A DNA stretch of 61,321 nucleotides, taken from NCBI GenBank assembly GCA_030648005.1, contig JAUSIP010000004.1:1-61321 (forward strand), written 5' to 3'. This document shows positions 44,472 through 53,547 of this stretch, piece after piece (the stretch's first letter is position 1; each line of letters starts with the position of its first letter). Below the pieces are notes generated by a model. The model had not been told where the DNA came from, did no database searches, and saw nothing but the letters and a program-made list of their open reading frames with translations. Source of the stretch: a bacterium. Lineage in GTDB: Bacteria; Patescibacteriota; Minisyncoccia; Phycocordibacterales; UBA12445. Made by a program: the position numbers and the translations under genes.

Positions 44472-45162
44472 GGAATCTATATTTAACTATTGTCCATAAT
44501 ATTTTAAAACCGTCCTTCCAATTTATCTTCTTTCCCTCGTCGTAATTTCTTGGATAGTACCGTATAGGAACGTCAACAGTATGAAGTCCACGCTTCAAAA
44601 TCTTACACACAAGCTCATTGTCATAATCAAATCCGTTCGTCTTCACATCTATTGAATCAACCAATGACTTAGTGAAGGCCTTGTAGCAACCCTCATATTC
44701 TCCAGCGCTGTTCCAGTACAAAATATTTGTAGTCCAAGTGATAACTTTGTTGCCAAACCAGCTTATCCAATAGAGAGACTTGTGCCGGCGAAGATCCTTA
44801 TCTGGTGCAATCCTAACTCCAAGCACAGCTTCAGTCTTACCTTCAAGTATCGGCCTAATTACCGCCCGGAGATCCTCCGGATCGTATTCCAGATCGGCAT
44901 CCTGGATCGTTAATATGTCGCCAGTAGAAATCTTAAAGCCGGTCTTGATCGCTCCACCCTTGCCAAGATTCTTATCATGAAAGACATACCTTATACCCGG
45001 CATACTCTTTAAAATGTCACGAGTGCCGTCCTTAGAACCGTCATCGACGATGATTATCTCCTTCTCGACATCTCCCATATCTGCAACCTTGACCAACCCA
45101 ACGATCTTCTCGATCGTATTTTTCTCATTATAAGCCGGGATGATGATAGAAAGTTTTTTCAT
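44464..45162 (-). CDS. GT2 glycosyltransferase
   Basis: LSIIIPAYNEKNTIE...IIIVDDGSKDGT...IQDADLEYDP. Confidence 0.8.
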   Translation of the reverse strand: MKKLSIIIPAYNEKNTIEKIVGLVKVADMGDVEKEIIIVDDGSKDGTRDILKSMPGIRYVFHDKNLGKGGAIKTGFKISTGDILTIQDADLEYDPEDLRAVIRPILEGKTEAVLGVRIAPDKDLRRHKSLYWISWFGNKVITWTTNILYWNSAGEYEGCYKAFTKSLVDSIDVKTNGFDYDNELVCKILKRGLHTVDVPIRYYPRNYDEGKKINWKDGFKILWTIVKYRFHD

Positions 45163-45198
45163 AATTACTCAAAAGAATACCAATAAATGAACTCAAAC

Positions 45199-46251
45199 TC
45201 AAGCAAGACTCTTAACAATCTCCCCGACGAAATTCTTTAAGCTATGATCCTTCACCACGATCTCCCTGAGATCCTGCCCAATCTTCTGTCTTTCTTGCGG
45301 AGTTAGTTTGGTCATTTCTTGGATCTTATCAGCTAAGCGAGTAGAGTCCGCCTTAGGATACATCAGCCTGTCTGTATAATCACCCAATACTTCTATAAGC
45401 GCTTCATTGCAGGTTAAGATAGGTAGTCCGGCCGACATCGCCTCTGGCACAACTTTATCCAAACTTCCAGTTAGACCCATGTTTACAAAAAGATCCGCCT
45501 CGTGGAGATACGGCAAGATCTTCTCGTTCGCTACTGGCCCAACAAAATTGATGACATCTCCTAAATTCTTCTCTAACGCCATCTGTTTAAGCTCATCGAA
45601 ATACCTACTCTGATCAGCTAAGCCGAGTCCACCGATGATGTTGACCTTAAACTTTAATCCACGACTGCGTAAAATATCCGCCGCTAACACCAAACTCTTC
45701 TGATCTTTAGCCGGAGCAATCCTACCCACTGTCACTATCTTAAAAAGATCGTCATTTTTAAATTGAAAATTAGAAATTGAAAATTTATCAGTATCTATCC
45801 CCTGTCCTATAACTTTTATTTTTTTACTATCCAAACGACAGCCACTGACAGTAGAAGTAAATATTATATTTGTGAATTTCTCCGCAACCCGCAGAGCTAA
45901 AGGTACATAGCCGTGAGCGTACCAGAGGCTGATAGTCTTGCCCCACAATCTCCAGAATAATCCACCGAGAACAATATACTCCGGGTTCATGTGTACGAAT
46001 ACAGAGTCGTAATTCTTTCTCTCCTGCCAGATATATCTGTAAAAATTAAAAATATATTTAAAGCGTGACACACCCTCTTCCTTGCCCAGAGATAAAACCT
46101 TAACATTCGCCGGAAGCAAGTATTGCCCCTTATATAGACAAACAACGGTAACACTCTCACACTGGCGGGCAAACTCCGCAATCCAACCATGCATGAAGCC
46201 GAGTACATCATCGTTAAGATCAACTTTTTGAGTCAAAATAAGAAGTCTCAT
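45199..46251 (-). CDS. GT4 glycosyltransferase
   Basis: VGRIAPAKDQ...VVPEAMSAGLPILTCNEALIEVLG. ATGA overlap with the GtrA stop. Confidence 0.75.
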   Translation of the reverse strand: MRLLILTQKVDLNDDVLGFMHGWIAEFARQCESVTVVCLYKGQYLLPANVKVLSLGKEEGVSRFKYIFNFYRYIWQERKNYDSVFVHMNPEYIVLGGLFWRLWGKTISLWYAHGYVPLALRVAEKFTNIIFTSTVSGCRLDSKKIKVIGQGIDTDKFSISNFQFKNDDLFKIVTVGRIAPAKDQKSLVLAADILRSRGLKFKVNIIGGLGLADQSRYFDELKQMALEKNLGDVINFVGPVANEKILPYLHEADLFVNMGLTGSLDKVVPEAMSAGLPILTCNEALIEVLGDYTDRLMYPKADSTRLADKIQEMTKLTPQERQKIGQDLREIVVKDHSLKNFVGEIVKSLA

Positions 46252-46682
46252 ATCGCTTCCAGTACAGGCTTAATAAAGATCAGATATTTATAGATAAAAA
46301 AATTCCAAACCGCGATGATGAGGCTCGCCACAACCTGAGAGAATATATACCAAAGATCCATCTTTTCAATAAAAAGAAAAACTAAAAAGGAGTTCAGAAA
46401 GAGGTTGAAGATCGCAACTCCAAAATAGGCAACAAGTTGTTTGTGGGTCTGCCCCGATGATCCGTCCTGGAAAGTCACATGCTTCATCATCAGGAAGCTG
46501 ACGGCGAACGCGAATATAAAAGCAATAACGACCGCTATCGCAACAGACACACCAAAATATTCCCTAAGAATATAGAGAAGAATAATGTCAGTAGCAAAAG
46601 CCGTTCCTCCGGAGAATAAATACCGAACAATAACAGCGTACCGTCCAAAAATTTTATCAATAATTAATAGTATATCTTTCAC
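46248..46682 (-). CDS. GtrA-family membrane protein
   Basis: RYLFSGGTAFATDIILLYIL plus 4 TM segments, 144 aa, GTG start. Confidence 0.7.
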   Translation of the reverse strand: MKDILLIIDKIFGRYAVIVRYLFSGGTAFATDIILLYILREYFGVSVAIAVVIAFIFAFAVSFLMMKHVTFQDGSSGQTHKQLVAYFGVAIFNLFLNSFLVFLFIEKMDLWYIFSQVVASLIIAVWNFFIYKYLIFIKPVLEAI

Positions 46683-46690
46683 TTTCTATA

Positions 46691-47674
46691 TTATATAAGA
46701 TTAACTATCGCCTTAGCTAGTTCATCTGGGTTATGTCTTATCAATGTCCTAATCTGGGGGTCCCCGTTAACTCTCTTTGGAATCTTATCATTAAGTAGAT
46801 TGACTCCTACAAATTGATGTTTTGAACCTTTATTCTTTTCTCCTACGAGAACAGGCTGACCCTCGTCTATATACTTACTAAGAAGTTTTGCTGACGGAAA
46901 AGTTGTGTTATATATAACATGGTGAAATGTGTTCGGTTTGATAAATTTCTCAATACCCGCTACAAAATCAGAGACCGTATAGTTATCTGTCTGTCCGTAT
47001 TGGTTCATTAAATTACAAACAAAAACTTTTTTGCCTTTAGCATTTACGAGTGCCTTCGCGACCCCCGAAACCAAGAAATTAGGAATAAGCGAAGAATAGA
47101 AGCTCCCCGGACCAACAACGATAAGGTCGGCTTCCTTTATCGCCCTTAGTGCTTCCGGATTGGCCTTCGCCTTTTTATCAAAATATATTTTCTTCACTCC
47201 AAAACGGGAGACGAGGTGGTTGTTCGCAATCTCATTCTGCCCGGCTATAATTTTACCGTTATTTAATTCTGCTATCAGACGCACCTTATCGAGCGTTACA
47301 GGTAGGACAAGTCCTCGCACATTTAATACCAGGCTTATCACCTTAAGTGCATCGTTGAAGTTACCGGTCATCTTCTCTACTGCAGAGATAAAAATGTTTC
47401 CAAAATTATGCCCGGTAAAACTGCCCCCATTGAAACGAAAGTTGAACAGTGCTCTCATCAAGTCGTCGGCTTCTGAAAGAGCGACTAGGCACTGCCTCAC
47501 ATCACCAGGTGGCAAAACGCCATACTCATCACGAAGCTTTCCTGTTGAACCGCCGTCGTCAGCCATAGAAACCACCGCCGTCAGCTCCAGATGATCATAT
47601 TTCTTCAACCCAGACAGAACGGTAAAAGACCCAGTACCTCCGCCTATTACTACTACCTTTTTCTTTACTGTCAT
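46691..47674 (-). CDS. YvcK/CofD-like (UPF0052) protein
   Basis: VVVIGGGTGSFTVLSGLK...VVSMADDGGSTGKLRDEYGVLPPGDVRQCLVALS. Confidence 0.85.
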   Translation of the reverse strand: MTVKKKVVVIGGGTGSFTVLSGLKKYDHLELTAVVSMADDGGSTGKLRDEYGVLPPGDVRQCLVALSEADDLMRALFNFRFNGGSFTGHNFGNIFISAVEKMTGNFNDALKVISLVLNVRGLVLPVTLDKVRLIAELNNGKIIAGQNEIANNHLVSRFGVKKIYFDKKAKANPEALRAIKEADLIVVGPGSFYSSLIPNFLVSGVAKALVNAKGKKVFVCNLMNQYGQTDNYTVSDFVAGIEKFIKPNTFHHVIYNTTFPSAKLLSKYIDEGQPVLVGEKNKGSKHQFVGVNLLNDKIPKRVNGDPQIRTLIRHNPDELAKAIVNLI

Positions 47675-47724
47675 TATGTAACTAATACTCCAAAATAATG
47701 TAAATCGTTACAAGAAAAATATCA

Positions 47725-49404
<1,680 letters not shown>

Positions 49405-49419
49405 TTAATTAACTAATCT

Positions 49420-49550
49420 GCGAACCTTAAACTACAAATATATTAAATTTTCAAGTCCTCGGGTCGGGAAACAGGACACAAGTTGTCTAACAAAGGTTTC
49501 CCTCAACCAGACATTAAAAATTTAATATATTCTGTACTTTAAGGCTGTGA
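49420..49550 (-). repeat. AT-clamped hairpin element, copy B, inside the groES-groEL spacer
   Basis: Its reverse complement aligns with 3753-3888. Core is GTCTGG (49512-49507), TT, GA, helix GGGAAAC (49502-49496) with GTTTCCC (49472-49466), GA, CCCGAGGAC (49463-49455). Confidence 0.7.
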
Positions 49551-49561
49551 AGCTTGAATCG

Positions 49562-49876
49562 CTATTCTGTTATAACCGCTAACACATTACTCTCGCTCAG
49601 TATGAAATACTCCTTACCGTCCACCTTCACTTCATCCGGTCCGTACTTTGTAAAGAGAACCTTGTCTCCAACTTTAAGTGACATCGCGACGAGATTGCCG
49701 TCATCTGTCATCTTGCCCGGGCCGACAGCCACCACCACACCCTGCTCCGGACGCTCCTTCTCGGCTGTGTCAGGAATAAAAATTCCGCCCTTCGTCTCCT
49801 TACCCCGCTCATGTTCGCTTATCGTCTCGACTATCACGCGATCACTCAACGGCCTTAAATTAATCTTTTTACTCAT
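49562..49876 (-). CDS. groS: co-chaperonin GroES
   Basis: LRPLSDRVIVE...GGIFIPDTAKE-like...GKVVAVGPG pattern, 104 aa. Confidence 0.95.
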   Translation of the reverse strand: MSKKINLRPLSDRVIVETISEHERGKETKGGIFIPDTAEKERPEQGVVVAVGPGKMTDDGNLVAMSLKVGDKVLFTKYGPDEVKVDGKEYFILSESNVLAVITE

Positions 49877-49924
49877 ATGTTTTTATGAATTTTATTAAGT
49901 TACCCTACTAAAAATTACATCTCC

Positions 49925-49952
49925 AATATATTCAGAAATAGATAATAGTCAA
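49925..49952 (-). promoter_or_regulatory. sigma70-type promoter proximal to groES
   Basis: Minus strand reads TTGACT (49952-49947), 16-nt spacer, TATATT (49930-49925), about 45 nt upstream of the groES ATG. Confidence 0.55.
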
Positions 49953-50048
49953 CACTATCACTTAGGTTGCAGATACCCTAATTTTGAGACTGATATTACA
50001 GCGAACAATGCAGAACTTATTTCCAGATCAGTTGTAGTATGTTGCTAA

Positions 50049-50090
50049 ATTATACTAAAAGTACGACCGTGACTATGATAGAAAATCGAC
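50049..50090 (-). promoter_or_regulatory. promoter/operator-like repeat, copy 1 (distal upstream of groES)
   Basis: Minus strand reads TCGATTTTCTATC-ATAGTCACGGTCGT-N8-TATAAT. The 14-nt core (50063-50076) is identical to 50726-50739, with the same 8-nt spacing to a -10-like hexamer. Confidence 0.4.
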
Positions 50091-50100
50091 ATTATTCAGA

Positions 50101-50691
50101 TCACACATCAGCAGCAAGATCGAAACTTTTTCTCAACCATCTATCGTTCTCCAATTTTTCAACGACCATAAATAATACATCCTTCCCAAATTCAAAATCA
50201 GTTTTTAGAAGAAAAATAAACTCCTCGCAGTCATAAGGAAAGACCCACACGCTATTCTGCACTTTTACGAAACCTATATTTACAAGCGAGGCTCGCAAAA
50301 GATCACGCTCAGATCTTCTATACTCTTTAATATCGAAAATAACCACCCTCCACTTACCATCCCATTCGATCTTACTTTTATCTATATTAAAATTTCGAAT
50401 TTGATACTCGGCTAAAGCCTTCTCCCCTTTTTCTGTAAGTCTTATATATTTACTTTCTCCCCGCTGTTCAAATACAATAAGCCCCCTTTTCTGAAGTTTG
50501 CCAATTGTGGATTTCAAATAATTGTTAAGGTGATATTTCCTTTTACCCAGACCTAGTAACTCCAACGCTTGGATTGCGTTAGGGGCAAGCACCGCCATTG
50601 TTACCAACCCGCTGATAGCTAAACAAGAAAGAACCGCATTGATAATCGTTCCACGGCCTATCGGCCTCTTGATATCTTTTTTCATATTCAT
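50101..50691 (-). CDS. membrane-anchored winged-helix + Cas2-like/PaaX-like domain regulator
   Basis: N-terminal hydrophobic helix IINAVLSCLAISGLVTMAVLA. wHTH-like segment STIGKLQKRGLIVFEQRGESKYIRLTEKG. WDGKWRVVIFDIKEYRRSERDLLRASLVNIGFVKVQNSVWVF fits the Cas2/PaaX ferredoxin-fold pattern. Start is ATG 50691 or 50685; the track start GTG 50703 is also possible. Confidence 0.55.
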   Translation of the reverse strand: MNMKKDIKRPIGRGTIINAVLSCLAISGLVTMAVLAPNAIQALELLGLGKRKYHLNNYLKSTIGKLQKRGLIVFEQRGESKYIRLTEKGEKALAEYQIRNFNIDKSKIEWDGKWRVVIFDIKEYRRSERDLLRASLVNIGFVKVQNSVWVFPYDCEEFIFLLKTDFEFGKDVLFMVVEKLENDRWLRKSFDLAADV

Positions 50692-50711
50692 TATTTTTGC
50701 CACTTAGAAGT

Positions 50712-50753
50712 TTTATACCATCAGCACGACCGTGACTATAGTATAAAAACGAT
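50712..50753 (-). promoter_or_regulatory. promoter/operator-like repeat, copy 2 (upstream of the regulator gene)
   Basis: Minus strand reads ATCGTTTTTATACT-ATAGTCACGGTCGT-N8-TATAAA, about 20 nt upstream of the regulator start codons. Confidence 0.4.
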
Positions 50754-50754
50754 A

Positions 50755-50782
50755 AAAATAAAACCCCGGCCAAATGCCGGGG
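50755..50782 (-). terminator. Rho-independent terminator of the 73-aa gene
   Basis: CCCCGGC-loop-GCCGGGG (7 bp, 50764-50782), followed on the minus strand by TTTTATTTTT. Confidence 0.7.
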
Positions 50783-50794
50783 CTGGGTGTAGGA

Positions 50795-51016
50795 TTATCT
50801 CCTTTTACCACAAAGCCAATTGATGCAGGAGCGAAACTTACGCCAGAGGTATTCGACACAAAGAGAGAGAGAAGATCTATTCTTTAGCTTTCTTTCAGCT
50901 ATGATATCGTTCGCCCGCTTGTAACATTCTTCCAAGTTCTTCTGGAACTTCTTTTTCTCCTCCCAAGCCCTATTAGACGCCCGAATATGTTTGTCATTCC
51001 GATCGTGATTAGACAT
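50795..51016 (-). CDS. hypothetical small basic protein (73 aa)
   Basis: AAGGAGG lies 9 nt upstream of ATG 51016 and a terminator lies downstream. The protein is helical and Lys/Arg-rich with 3 C-terminal Cys. No family recognised. Confidence 0.55.
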   Translation of the reverse strand: MSNHDRNDKHIRASNRAWEEKKKFQKNLEECYKRANDIIAERKLKNRSSLSLCVEYLWRKFRSCINWLCGKRR

Positions 51017-51112
51017 TTTAAACGACCTCCTTGTTCATTGATATTATTACCACATCGTGCTACTTTTGGCAAAGAGATTTAGTTGTTTGATTTAATAAAA
51101 AGGAGGAGACAA

Positions 51113-51352
51113 ATGAACCGAAAGAAAGATCCGATGCTGGCGGGACTGTGCAAGAACTGCGACAATAATTACCGGGCTATCACGCTCGCCTCACAACTCT
51201 GTGGAAGACCAAAGGAAAAAACGGCAACTTGTCCGGAATGCAGGAGATGCAAAACCCGACGCGGCTTCAAGCGATGCGCGGACTGCGCTGTGAACAAGAA
51301 GAATCAGTGCTCTATCTGCAACTGTAAACTGAAAAAGAGAATGAAGAAGTAG
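51113..51352 (+). CDS. hypothetical small cysteine-rich basic protein (79 aa, 11 Cys, multiple CxxC)
   Basis: AGGAGG 51101-51106 lies 6 nt before ATG 51113. Cys motifs are CKNC, CPECRRC, CADC and CSICNC. A terminator follows at 51363-51388. Confidence 0.55.
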   Translation: MNRKKDPMLAGLCKNCDNNYRAITLASQLCGRPKEKTATCPECRRCKTRRGFKRCADCAVNKKNQCSICNCKLKKRMKK

Positions 51353-51362
51353 TAAGATACGG

Positions 51363-51388
51363 CCGCCCCCTAGATCGGGGCGGTTTTT
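51363..51388 (+). terminator. Rho-independent terminator
   Basis: CCGCCCC 51363-51369, loop CTAGATC, GGGGCGG 51377-51383, then TTTTT. Confidence 0.75.
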
Positions 51389-51446
51389 AATTGCAGTTGC
51401 TTTTATTACCCCCATATGATATGGTATAGGAAATTAAGAGTTACTT

Positions 51447-51665
51447 ATGCAATTCCTACCTTGGATTCAAATAGCCCTGGCAACCATTCTTATTGGATTG
51501 GTCCTTTTGCAGCAAAGCGAAGCAGGCCTTGGTGGATGGTCAGGCGGGACATCCGGAGCATCAAATTTCAGAACCAAAAGAGGCCCGGAAAAAATGATAT
51601 TCGTACTTACCATTGTAATTGCATTAGCATTTATCGTATCTTCTGTATCAGCACTCTTTGTGTAA
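51447..51665 (+). CDS. secG: preprotein translocase subunit SecG
   Basis: 72 aa with two TM helices flanking a Gly-rich loop, LLQQSEAGLGGWSGGTSGASNFRTKRG; this is the classic SecG pattern. The overlapping 51416-51685 frame is rejected. Confidence 0.65.
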   Translation: MQFLPWIQIALATILIGLVLLQQSEAGLGGWSGGTSGASNFRTKRGPEKMIFVLTIVIALAFIVSSVSALFV

Positions 51666-51723
51666 ATAAAAAGTTTGAATTATAAAATAAACTCTAAAAA
51701 TAGCACTGTACTGTAGCTAGCGA

Positions 51724-51808
51724 AGTCTATTTTAGATTTTGAAGGTCTGGCCGAGCCCTTCCATCAAAGGGCGAAGGAGATCCGAGGACGTTAAAAATCT
51801 GAAATAGA
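51724..51808 (+). repeat. AT-clamped hairpin element, copy D (divergent), 27 nt upstream of the SBP gene
   Basis: A 16-bp outer stem forms from GTCTATTTTAGATTTT 51724-51739 and AAAATCTGAAATAGAC 51793-51808. Core is GTCTGG 51744-51749, CC, GA, helix GCCC 51754-51757 with GGGC 51768-51771, GA, linker, CCGAGGAC 51781-51788. Confidence 0.5.
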
Positions 51809-51834
51809 CGAAGCGGAAATACACTAAACAACCA

Positions 51835-53541
51835 ATGCGTAAACCAAACAAGAAAGAAATCAATCTGGCTTTAAATTCATTCAGCAAAAAAGAAAGGCTG
51901 GTATTCTTTGCGCTGGTTATAATTTTCATATTAAGCACACTCGCAGTATTCAATATCCTAAACAAAAAATATATGGTAGAGGTTCCGGCATTGGGTGGAA
52001 CTCTAACCGAAGGGGTTATCGGTGAAGCGCCGCGTTTTATAAATCCTCTGCTAGCTACCTCTGATGCCGATAGAGATCTTGTGCAGCTGATCTATTCCGG
52101 ATTGTTGCGCGTCGGACCTGACGGGAGTTACATTGGCGACCTGGCCGAAAGCTACAACATCTCACCGGACGGACTGACATATACATTTAAAATAAGAGAG
52201 AATGCGGTCTGGCAAGACGGAAAACCCGTAACTTCTGACGACGTAGAATTTACTATACAAAAAGCGCGAGATCCTGGTATAAAAAGCTACAAGAGACCTA
52301 GCTTTGAGGGTGTATCTGTCGAGAAACCCGACGACAAAACAGTGGTCCTAAAATTAAAACAACCGTACTCCCCGTTCTTAGAGAACGCCACTACGGGAAT
52401 CCTGCCTAAACATATCTGGAGTGGAGTAGATGCGGAGAATTTTACTTACAGCAAATTTAATATCTCGCCTGTTGGTTCCGGTCCGTACAAAATTGAAAGT
52501 ATTTCAAACAGCGTTCCACCACAATATTATGACCTGACTTCGTTTGAATATTTCACCCTCGGCGAACCAAAAATAGAGAATTTAAGAATCAGATTTTATC
52601 AAGGTGAAGAGACACTCCTTGCTGCCTATCGTTCCGGCGAGGTTGAATCCATTAATACTATCCCACCCCAAACCGCTAAGGCAATGGAAGAACAGGGTAT
52701 CAATATCACTCGCGTAACTCTACCTAGAATCTTCGCCGTCTTCTTCAATCAGAATCATTCCAAAGTACTAGCAGACAAATATGCACGCTACGCACTCGAG
52801 GCCATGATAGACAAAGAGCATGTAGTGAAAGATGTTCTGTTGGGTTATGGTCAAACGATAGACGGGCCAATTTCAACTCTTCAATCCAGCCCATCAAACG
52901 CAAGTACCACAGATGATGCTCGCACGAACACAGCTAAGAAATTTTTGACAAAAGGAGGATGGAAATTCAATCAGAAGACCGGCACCTGGGAGAAAACAGT
53001 TAAGAAAGTTGTCACGACACTTCGCCTTGATCTTGCTACTGCCGACACCCCCGAACTCAAGAACGCTGCCACACTAATAAAAGAAGATTGGGAGAAACTG
53101 GGGGTTAAAGTTACCCTCAAGGTATTCGAGATCGGCGATCTAAATCAGAACGTCATAAGACCAAGGAAGTATGATGCACTTTTCTTCGGAGAGATCGTAG
53201 GACGAAATCCTGACCTCTTCTCTTTCTGGCATTCTTCACAGAGAAACGATCCGGGGCTAAACATCGCTATGTATACCAACAGCAAGGTAGACAAGATACT
53301 CGAGAACGCCAGGGTACAGCAAGATCCGAATAAAAAGCAGAAAAACTATAGCGACCTCCAGAAGGAGATTGCCAATGACACTCCTGCTGTCTTTATCTAC
53401 TCTCCCGACTTCCTGTATTCCACGCCGACAAAGATAAAAGATCTCGTCATAAGCAACATTACTATTCCATCAGACAGATTTATTAACATTTATAAATGGT
53501 ATATCGATACCGACAAAATTTGGAAAATATTTACAAAATAA
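51835..53541 (+). CDS. ABC transporter substrate-binding protein, family 5 (peptide/nickel type)
   Basis: N-terminal TM anchor plus the SBP_bac_5 pattern: GGTLTEGVIGEAPRFINPL...YTFKIRENAVWQDGKPVTSDDVEFT. Confidence 0.75.
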   Translation: MRKPNKKEINLALNSFSKKERLVFFALVIIFILSTLAVFNILNKKYMVEVPALGGTLTEGVIGEAPRFINPLLATSDADRDLVQLIYSGLLRVGPDGSYIGDLAESYNISPDGLTYTFKIRENAVWQDGKPVTSDDVEFTIQKARDPGIKSYKRPSFEGVSVEKPDDKTVVLKLKQPYSPFLENATTGILPKHIWSGVDAENFTYSKFNISPVGSGPYKIESISNSVPPQYYDLTSFEYFTLGEPKIENLRIRFYQGEETLLAAYRSGEVESINTIPPQTAKAMEEQGINITRVTLPRIFAVFFNQNHSKVLADKYARYALEAMIDKEHVVKDVLLGYGQTIDGPISTLQSSPSNASTTDDARTNTAKKFLTKGGWKFNQKTGTWEKTVKKVVTTLRLDLATADTPELKNAATLIKEDWEKLGVKVTLKVFEIGDLNQNVIRPRKYDALFFGEIVGRNPDLFSFWHSSQRNDPGLNIAMYTNSKVDKILENARVQQDPNKKQKNYSDLQKEIANDTPAVFIYSPDFLYSTPTKIKDLVISNITIPSDRFINIYKWYIDTDKIWKIFTK

Positions 53542-53547
53542 AAACAT

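Noticed and set aside
49877-50100. CIRCE (HrcA operator) upstream of groES
   Set aside because: Nothing resembling the TTAGCACTC-N9-GAGTGCTAA inverted repeat was found on either strand.
51416-51685. 89-aa ORF overlapping secG in another frame
   Set aside because: The 51447-51665 frame gives a classic SecG (two TM helices plus a Gly-rich loop). The alternative frame has no recognisable features.
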